Source of the DNA: Candidatus Thorarchaeota archaeon
Lineage (GTDB): Archaea; Asgardarchaeota; Thorarchaeia; Thorarchaeales; Thorarchaeaceae
DNA: 64,000 nt
Assembly (NCBI GenBank): GCA_016933575.1
Contig: JAFGAR010000081.1
Location: forward strand, 128,001 to 192,000
Reading direction: 5' to 3'
Positions 57,667 through 64,000 of this stretch are shown in pieces. The position numbers and the translations under genes were made by a program. The notes below the pieces were generated by a model. That model saw only the letters and a list, made by a program, of their open reading frames with translations. It was not told the origin of the DNA and searched no databases. Numbering within the stretch: the first letter of the stretch is position 1; each line of letters opens with the position of its first letter.

Positions 57667-58149
57667 TTATATCATTCTTAGTGCAAGGTCGCTTATACTT
57701 TCACCTCTGTAACCAGTAATGCCGCCCATACCCACTCCCATGGTTTTCTTACCATCATATCCTTTCTTGGGAGGAGTGAGTCGAAAGACTGGTTTCAGAC
57801 CTTCAACATCATTGACAGAGGCTTTTCCTGAAGCGATTGCTTTGGCTAGTGCCTTTATGCTAGCATAACTTGAGTTCTTCTTCACATATGCATCAGTGAG
57901 TCGAGCATTTCCTGGCAATCGGCCTCTCTTTGTGAGAAGTCTCTCAATGAACTCTTCGGAGACCTCACCCCAGGTGATGTAGTCCTTCACCTTAGTGATC
58001 ATTCCCTCCAAGCTTGGTGTCATCTTGAAGAGTCTTGCCTGATGAAGTCGTCCCAATAGGAGTTTGTCTAATGAGTCCTCTATCTGAGGTCGTACACGTA
58101 CTTGTCCTCTGATTCTAATAGCAAGTACAACCTTTTCATCTTCACTCAT
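57667..58149 (-). CDS. rpl30: 50S ribosomal protein uL30
   Basis: AIRIRG, GMITKVKDYITWGE, FRLTPP, GYRG. Confidence 0.96.
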   Translation of the reverse strand: MSEDEKVVLAIRIRGQVRVRPQIEDSLDKLLLGRLHQARLFKMTPSLEGMITKVKDYITWGEVSEEFIERLLTKRGRLPGNARLTDAYVKKNSSYASIKALAKAIASGKASVNDVEGLKPVFRLTPPKKGYDGKKTMGVGMGGITGYRGESISDLALRMI

Positions 58150-58826
58150 TATTCAGTTCCTCCTGACGATATCCATTCTTGTGGTGGTAGCATTCTATAT
58201 GTCTGTGTGAGGGCTTTAACGAATGCTTTTGCAAAGTTAGATGATGTCCTTGAACGGCCTTTTGTAATCGACCAGACGTCATTTAGACCTGCAATCCTAA
58301 GCACAATTTTACCGACATCTGCTGTAACAAGACCTGTTCCTTTTGGTGCTGGTCTAAGAGTGACACTTACTGATCCTGCTTCTCCCTTCACTTCGAATGG
58401 GATACTATGAGGATCATGGCATCGACACTCCCATGAGCCGCAACCTCTTCTGAACATAGTAATGTTAAGTTTAGCTCGAGACTCGGCTGCTCTGACTGCT
58501 GGAACAAATTCAGGTGCTTTTCCCACCCCAATACCAAGGACACCTTCACCGTTTCCAACAACAACAGTGATTCTAAAGCTCTTTTGCTGACCACTGTCAG
58601 ACTGACGTTGTACCATGCTAACATCTACAACTTCCTGTCTGAGTTCTGGAAATAGGGCATCTACAATCTCAGGCTCTCTGATTCTATAGTTATTACTCAA
58701 GATTTCCTCAATACTGTTGATGTGACCATCTTTGACCAGTCTTCCTAACTTGGTCTTTGGAATCCACTCATCCAGTGGGTTGATTTCTGCTCGAGGTGCT
58801 CTTCGCCTTCTCTGTTTACTCATCAT
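58149..58826 (-). CDS. rps5: 30S ribosomal protein uS5
   Basis: WIPKTKLGRLVK, RRGCGSWEC, PAPKGTGLV. Confidence 0.97.
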   Translation of the reverse strand: MMSKQRRRRAPRAEINPLDEWIPKTKLGRLVKDGHINSIEEILSNNYRIREPEIVDALFPELRQEVVDVSMVQRQSDSGQQKSFRITVVVGNGEGVLGIGVGKAPEFVPAVRAAESRAKLNITMFRRGCGSWECRCHDPHSIPFEVKGEAGSVSVTLRPAPKGTGLVTADVGKIVLRIAGLNDVWSITKGRSRTSSNFAKAFVKALTQTYRMLPPQEWISSGGTE

Positions 58827-58836
58827 TCATCATCCC

Positions 58837-59598
58837 CTATTGCTTGGCCTTTTTGCCCTTCTTACCCTTACCTCGGGCAATAAGCTTCTTCGGTTTGGGT
58901 TTTCTTGGTACAGCACGCGGAGGCTTCGTGGTCGGAATTTCCTTCTTTGCCTTCTTTGCTGGTTTCTCTGCTGCAGCCTTTGTAGGAGCTTTCTTGGTCT
59001 TTTTCTTCTTCAAGTCAGCAGCTGGGATTGCAAGAAGTGTCTTCTTTACAGCTTCAACTTGTTTGGGTATTGTCGTAATTGTTGTCTTCTTCTTTCCGAG
59101 TTTGCTGAACATCAATGATTTGTCTACATTGCTGAAGTGTTCGTATCCAGCAACAATATGCTCTCCTGATATTCTAGAATCATCAGGAAGTATATCGGAA
59201 TTATGAGGAATCTCGAGTCCTGCATCGATAGCTCCTCTCAAGGCAGCATAGATTCTTGAACCTTTGATTGGAGGAATCAATCCAATATCAAGAACAGCTT
59301 CGTTGATTCCGCGGCTCTTAGCTCGTAGTCCTGCCAGCAAGCCTGTTAGATATGCTGCAGGTAAATTGCCTGTTCCTGCACTCCATCCATGAGCTGGAAG
59401 TTCTGTAGCCATTGCTGAAGCAACGGTCATATCTCCCACAACATTGGCATTTATGATCTGGACTATTACGTTTGTGTTAGTTTTTCTCACTACAAGTCGT
59501 GGACGTCTTGACATTAGGAGTCTTCGACGACGATAGTAATTTGTCTTACCTTCGCGACGTCTACGGAACTTAACGCGATATGTTGGTCCCTGTGCCAT
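58837..59598 (-). CDS. rpl18: 50S ribosomal protein uL18 with Lys-rich tail
   Basis: [33 protein letters not shown]. Confidence 0.97.
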   Translation of the reverse strand: MAQGPTYRVKFRRRREGKTNYYRRRRLLMSRRPRLVVRKTNTNVIVQIINANVVGDMTVASAMATELPAHGWSAGTGNLPAAYLTGLLAGLRAKSRGINEAVLDIGLIPPIKGSRIYAALRGAIDAGLEIPHNSDILPDDSRISGEHIVAGYEHFSNVDKSLMFSKLGKKKTTITTIPKQVEAVKKTLLAIPAADLKKKKTKKAPTKAAAEKPAKKAKKEIPTTKPPRAVPRKPKPKKLIARGKGKKGKKAKQ

Positions 59599-60050
59599 TA
59601 TTTGGACACCTCCAGTTTGCGCTCAGCTATGTGCGTCTTGAGGTGGGCTCTATTTCTGAACGCATTTCCTTTAGCTTTCAGGTACAGCTCTCTGTACACT
59701 CTCGGTGTGATTCTCCCTGCATCACGGAGCGATTTCAGTTCCTTACGCATCGGTCGAATCTTCATCATCCATCGCTCTTTGCCACTAAGTTTGGATGTTG
59801 CTTTACCTTTCTTTCTACCAGGACCTTGTCTCTGACCTTTTCGTTTCTGTTGGAGCACGTATCGAGCTCTGCCTCTACTTACACCAGTAGCAGGTTTCTT
59901 CTGGATAGCTCCTTCATCTATGAGGCGTCTGACATCATTTCTGGTGATTGCTAGGCTAATCTCATCTTCAAAATCGGGATCTAACCAGATCCTTGATGTA
60001 CCGACCTTCATTACTTCGGCTGCTAGTCTTTTCTGAGTGGATAGTTTCAT
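59598..60050 (-). CDS. rpl19e: 50S ribosomal protein eL19
   Basis: [28 protein letters not shown]. Confidence 0.97.
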   Translation of the reverse strand: MKLSTQKRLAAEVMKVGTSRIWLDPDFEDEISLAITRNDVRRLIDEGAIQKKPATGVSRGRARYVLQQKRKGQRQGPGRKKGKATSKLSGKERWMMKIRPMRKELKSLRDAGRITPRVYRELYLKAKGNAFRNRAHLKTHIAERKLEVSK

Positions 60051-60052
60051 TA

Positions 60053-60916
60053 CTAGTCCTCCTCTAAATCAAGGTCCATGAAGAGATCTTCTTCACCAAT
60101 CTCCTCTGTTGTGCCTGGATTCAACACTCGCAGCATCTTTTCATCAGCAACTGCTAGTATCTGCTGTTTCTTCCTATTTCCAACTGTTGTTCCAATGCGT
60201 ATTGCATGGACATCTGGATCAAGGTTCTCAAGATCTGCTGGTCTGTAGACAGGGACTTCAACGAATAATGATGGGTGAAGATGTCGTGTGATCTTAGGAG
60301 TACGATATCCCAAGCTAGCAACAGCAATTCTACCCTTCTTCTTTTGGCGAGTGTAACTGTCAATCCCACGGACCTTGCGCCATCTGTTACTCACACGCTT
60401 CCATCTGTGTGCGTTCTCTGCGCGGAATCTAGGCATGGACTTTTTCTTATCACGTGTGATCCTCACCAATCTCTGGTCAATGTTCAGAAATCTGGGTGGG
60501 GTTTCTCGTTTCTCTTTCTTTGTAACCTTCTTCTTTGGCTTAGCCAATTCGGCTGGAGCCTTCTTTTTAGTTGGCTTTGGTTTGACCTTTTCCTTTTCAG
60601 ATTCGACCTTTGTTTTCTTAGGTTTGACTTCCTTCTTCGGAGCTTCAGCCTTCTTCGGTTTTGCTACCTCCTTTGGAGGTGCAGCTTTCTTAGATTCAGT
60701 GACCTTCTTTGGAGTAGAAGTACTTGATAAGAGTTCTTGGGCGGCTGCAATGAACTCTGCAGCACGATTTTCACTGAGTCCATCGACCTTCTCAGCGAGC
60801 TTGTCTGCTTTTGCCCTTGATAGATTGAGTACAGTCTTAATACCGGCCTCATTTAGCTTCTCTACGAGCTTGCCACCCAATCCACTTATGTCGTGTAATT
60901 CTGGCTTCTTTGACAT
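60053..60916 (-). CDS. rpl32e: 50S ribosomal protein eL32 fused to N-terminal helix-hairpin-helix domain
   Basis: ISGLG/VDGLS HhH, Lys-rich linker, WRKVRGIDS, GYRTP, LHPS, RVLN. Confidence 0.93.
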   Translation of the reverse strand: MSKKPELHDISGLGGKLVEKLNEAGIKTVLNLSRAKADKLAEKVDGLSENRAAEFIAAAQELLSSTSTPKKVTESKKAAPPKEVAKPKKAEAPKKEVKPKKTKVESEKEKVKPKPTKKKAPAELAKPKKKVTKKEKRETPPRFLNIDQRLVRITRDKKKSMPRFRAENAHRWKRVSNRWRKVRGIDSYTRQKKKGRIAVASLGYRTPKITRHLHPSLFVEVPVYRPADLENLDPDVHAIRIGTTVGNRKKQQILAVADEKMLRVLNPGTTEEIGEEDLFMDLDLEED

Positions 60917-60927
60917 CTTTCTGTCTC

Positions 60928-61488
60928 CTATACTATCGACTTCACCACGTCGCCCTTGGTCTTCTTAATTACATAGATACCGTCTAGGAAGACTCGGCGG
61001 TCCTTGTCGCGAATTTTGCATGCTTGTTGGATATTAGCAGCACTCTGCGATACATGCTCGATATCTATACCATTAATGAAGATCTCATCTTCTGTAGTAC
61101 GTACCTTCACGTCATCAAAGATGCGTGCTTTCCTAACTCCACGTTCTCCAATGAAGTTCTTGATAATCACCGATGTTTCCTGAACATCAACAGTGATTGG
61201 AAAGTGACTGTAGACTATCTTCATCTCATATTCATAGCCCATTTGAACCCCGATGAGCATATTTCGAACATGAGCGATGACAGTACCGACAAGGGCTCTT
61301 GCACGTTTTCTACTAATCTGAGTCGATACGACTAACTCATTCTCTTTTATTTCAAATGCGGTCTGTGGTTCTGGGAAAGATCTCTTAAGAGTCCCCTTCG
61401 GACCTGTCACTGTGATAGTCTTGTCTTCTAAAGAGACCTGACATTCACTGGGAATCTCAATCGTTTGGTTGTAGACTGCTTCAGACAT
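60928..61488 (-). CDS. rpl6: 50S ribosomal protein uL6
   Basis: VTGPKG, YSHFPI, NFIGER, DRRVFLDGIY. Confidence 0.97.
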   Translation of the reverse strand: MSEAVYNQTIEIPSECQVSLEDKTITVTGPKGTLKRSFPEPQTAFEIKENELVVSTQISRKRARALVGTVIAHVRNMLIGVQMGYEYEMKIVYSHFPITVDVQETSVIIKNFIGERGVRKARIFDDVKVRTTEDEIFINGIDIEHVSQSAANIQQACKIRDKDRRVFLDGIYVIKKTKGDVVKSIV

Positions 61489-61501
61489 TTGTCAAATCTC
61501 C

Positions 61502-61894
61502 TTAGTATACATATGCTAACAATCTTCCACCAATGCCTCGTGTCTTGGCATCTTGGTGAGTCATTACACCAGCTGGCGTTGTGACAATCAAGATTCCATA
61601 GTTATAAGCTGGGAGAAACCGCTTCTCATATTGCTCAAAGCCGTCTCTTCTAACTGGGAATCTTGGTTTGATTACGCCGCATTTGTTCGTACGGCCCATG
61701 AGTTGAATTCGAAACCTACCTGCTTTTCCATCATCGATTCGTTCGAACTCACCAATGTATCCTTTTGTTTGCATCACATGCAATACTTTCTCAATTAGAT
61801 TGGATGCTGGTGCAATCACCACTTCGGATTTTCCGACCATCTCACTATTGTAGATGTTCGACATTGCATCAGCCAATGGGTCTAGTAGTGCCAT
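61502..61894 (-). CDS. rps8: 30S ribosomal protein uS8
   Basis: [30 protein letters not shown]. Confidence 0.97.
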   Translation of the reverse strand: MALLDPLADAMSNIYNSEMVGKSEVVIAPASNLIEKVLHVMQTKGYIGEFERIDDGKAGRFRIQLMGRTNKCGVIKPRFPVRRDGFEQYEKRFLPAYNYGILIVTTPAGVMTHQDAKTRGIGGRLLAYVY

Positions 61895-61910
61895 TTTCTC
61901 TTAGACCTCC

Positions 61911-62084
61911 TTACTCATATTTCCGAAATCCGAGCTTATTCGCCGTTTCTCTGAAACAGCGCCGGCACATATACAACCCATATGATCGAATGATTGCTTG
62001 ATGTGTGCCGCAACGGACGCATGTTCTGCTGCCCTTGCCCATTTTCTTTCTCTGTCGTGTCCGGTCTTTCTTTGTACTCATCAT
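61911..62084 (-). CDS. rps14: 30S ribosomal protein uS14 (Zn-binding type)
   Basis: Below ORF-track cutoff; manual translation [57 protein letters not shown]. Confidence 0.96.
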   Translation of the reverse strand: MMSTKKDRTRQRKKMGKGSRTCVRCGTHQAIIRSYGLYMCRRCFRETANKLGFRKYE

Positions 62085-62092
62085 TTATCACC

Positions 62093-62668
62093 TCAAAACA
62101 GGTAGGTTCGTTCACGCTCCTTTTCGAGTATCTCGATACCGAACTTGTTTTTTACAAACACCATGCTCTCTTCAGGAGTCAATCGATGTTTGTAAGGTAC
62201 TTTTGCTTTCCTTCTGCGTCTTCGTTTCACCCGGTATCCAGGTCGCTCAACGCAGACGGTGATATTCATTCCTTGAACTCCCAATTGGGGATCATATTTT
62301 ACATTCGGGAGATCTATGTGTTCAGATATACCAAAGGCAAAATTACCATCATCATCCCAGTTCTTAAGAAGAAGAACATCATCCTTAGCTTTCATGGCCT
62401 TCCGAAGGAATTCTTCTGCACGTTCGTTTCTGAGAGTCACTCTGACAGCTATTGGTTCTCTTTTTCTAATACCAAAGTCACGAATTGTCTGTCTTGCTCT
62501 AGATTGAATTGGAGTCTGACCAGTTAACATCTCGAGTATAGTAGAAGCCTTGTTGAGTTCTTCGCCTCCACCTGTGCAGATATCCACAACAACTTTGGAT
62601 ATGAAGGGCTCCCTCATCGGGAATGCCTTCCAATCATCAGTGTAGACGTGTTCATTTTCTATGCTCAT
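62093..62668 (-). CDS. rpl5: 50S ribosomal protein uL5
   Basis: PMREP, FGIRK..PIAVRVTLR, GNFAFGISEHID, RPGYRV. Confidence 0.97.
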   Translation of the reverse strand: MSIENEHVYTDDWKAFPMREPFISKVVVDICTGGGEELNKASTILEMLTGQTPIQSRARQTIRDFGIRKREPIAVRVTLRNERAEEFLRKAMKAKDDVLLLKNWDDDGNFAFGISEHIDLPNVKYDPQLGVQGMNITVCVERPGYRVKRRRRRKAKVPYKHRLTPEESMVFVKNKFGIEILEKERERTYLF

Positions 62669-63420
62669 TATGAACTTCCTCCCTGTGCCTGAAGACTAAC
62701 TTCTGGGTTTGTTTTTCCAACAACGAAGACGTATTCTAAGGCTGTCTGGAATCTGTTACCTTCTGGATCTTCCAATGTGACAGTGCTTGCGTGTGTTCCT
62801 AGTCGCTTTGCAATTTCAATGATCTTTCCTTGAATCCCAATGTTTTTCCCGCGGGATACAATCGCATAAACTCCCTTTTCTAGAGAAATCGAATTCATGA
62901 GTTTTTGATCAGGAATTGCGACTTTCAATGTATCAAGAGTACTGTACTTCTCTGGCTTTTCATTCTCTGGTAGTCGCAATATTCGTCCATCATGAAGTCC
63001 TAGCTGTACAACTCCGCCCTTGACCATGGTCTTCTTCTCTACTCGGCAGAGCTTGAATCCAGCTTCAGTCTCGTCAATCTTAACAAGCTTTAGTCCACCA
63101 CGCTTCTTTGGAATGAGTCTGAAGCGTTCTCCAGAAGTTGTTATCTCAATAACATCCATCATTCCAACCGGAAACCGTGGGTCTTTTCGAATCTTACCAT
63201 CTACTTTTACTTGACCTGTGGAGAGGATTGCCCTAACCTCGCGCATACTCTCTGCATAATCCAATACCTCTCTGAGAATAAGTGCTAAGGTCATGCAATG
63301 TTCTCGTGGGTGTGGGCCTGGAATAACGCGTGTTGTGAATTTGCCTGCTTTCCTCTTGATTGGCCAATGCCTTGGAGCTGGCAGACGTTTCAGATGTTTC
63401 TTCTGACCTCTTCTTGTCAT
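62668..63420 (-). CDS. rps4e: 30S ribosomal protein eS4
   Basis: HLKRLPAP, PGPH, FPVGMMDV, HDGR, YVFVVG. Confidence 0.97.
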   Translation of the reverse strand: MTRRGQKKHLKRLPAPRHWPIKRKAGKFTTRVIPGPHPREHCMTLALILREVLDYAESMREVRAILSTGQVKVDGKIRKDPRFPVGMMDVIEITTSGERFRLIPKKRGGLKLVKIDETEAGFKLCRVEKKTMVKGGVVQLGLHDGRILRLPENEKPEKYSTLDTLKVAIPDQKLMNSISLEKGVYAIVSRGKNIGIQGKIIEIAKRLGTHASTVTLEDPEGNRFQTALEYVFVVGKTNPEVSLQAQGGSS

Positions 63421-63810
63421 TTATTCCTCACTCTCCGCGACAGTCAATAATTTGCGCTCTATGATCTTCTTTCGTTCGTCGTCAAGTTCTAACTTGACAA
63501 TCATTAGATTGGAGGGATGTACAGGTACTGGTGCCTCCTTACCGTCAGCCTTCGTGACAACAGCACTATCGAGATAGACTCTGATATCTTTGTAATCAAC
63601 CCGAGTAACCTTTGCCTCAGTGTCTCGAAATTGGCCACGCATTATCTTCACAAGGTCACCCTTCTTGACAACAAGGGTCTTTATGCCATGCTCCTCTTGC
63701 AGGAATTCATCAAGTTTGCACTTGAGCATGTTTTTGTGAGTATGTAACGGGGAGTTCTGTACCTTGTTTCGCTGTTTCCTGGGGGACTTTGAACTAATCT
63801 TCTTCACCAA
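63421..63810 (-). CDS. rpl24: 50S ribosomal protein uL24
   Basis: SKSPRKQR, KGDLVKIMRG, HPSNLMIVKL. Confidence 0.96.
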   Translation of the reverse strand: MVKKISSKSPRKQRNKVQNSPLHTHKNMLKCKLDEFLQEEHGIKTLVVKKGDLVKIMRGQFRDTEAKVTRVDYKDIRVYLDSAVVTKADGKEAPVPVHPSNLMIVKLELDDERKKIIERKLLTVAESEE

Positions 63811-63821
63811 CTATTTCACCC

Positions 63822-64000
63822 TCATACAATCTTTGATGCAATCGCAGCAACACGAGGCCACTTCAGAGTGACCTCTCTTGCCATTGGTCCTCTAAGCTCA
63901 GAACCTTGGGGTTCTCCACCTGGTTTTACTAAGACTGCTGCATTATCCTCAAACTGCATCCAAGTACCATCTGGTCTTCTGAATGGTTTTTTCTGCCTAA
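63822..64000 (-). CDS. rpl14: 50S ribosomal protein uL14, C-terminal part
   Basis: Manual translation [58 protein letters not shown]. Confidence 0.96.
   Translation of the reverse strand, partial: RQKKPFRRPDGTWMQFEDNAAVLVKPGGEPQGSELRGPMAREVTLKWPRVAAIASKIV

Noticed and set aside
1-64000. CRISPR array, cas genes, transposases; many short antisense ORFs in the track
   Set aside because: No regularly spaced repeats or cas/transposase motifs seen; the short ORFs overlap well-supported genes on the opposite strand or in another frame

Overview
Chromosomal window of an Asgard archaeon, most likely Thorarchaeia (inferred from the actin, a two-domain gelsolin, tandem longin-like/small-GTPase fusions and archaeal ribosomal proteins). 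The right third holds the archaeal spc-type ribosomal superoperon on the minus strand (uL14 to secY, adk, DUF106, eL34, cmk, eL14, cbf5), then an RNase P RNA, tsr3, tiaS and the uS13-uS4-uS11 cluster. Five features missing from the ORF track were read directly from the sequence: partial hutI, intron-containing tRNA-Ser(GGA), RNase P RNA, uS14 and partial uL14. The best candidate for an undescribed system is the locus upstream of actin (5.0-11.2 kb). There a wHTH-CARF-like regulator and a Mini-III-type RNase III are transcribed divergently from actin and converge on a SAMHD1-like HD hydrolase, which sits downstream of a miniature PriL-type Fe-S protein and near a BBS2/ITFG2-like beta-propeller. 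Other notable items are an ATPase-dead MCM derivative next to an orphan DNA methyltransferase, a diverged duplicate of the gelsolin 3' end that brackets an inserted gene, a NYN-2xLOTUS protein, a possible in-frame UGA in a membrane protein, and hsp20 inside the ribosomal operon. No CRISPR array, transposase or integrase was seen. All family calls come from motif recognition by eye; no database search was run.
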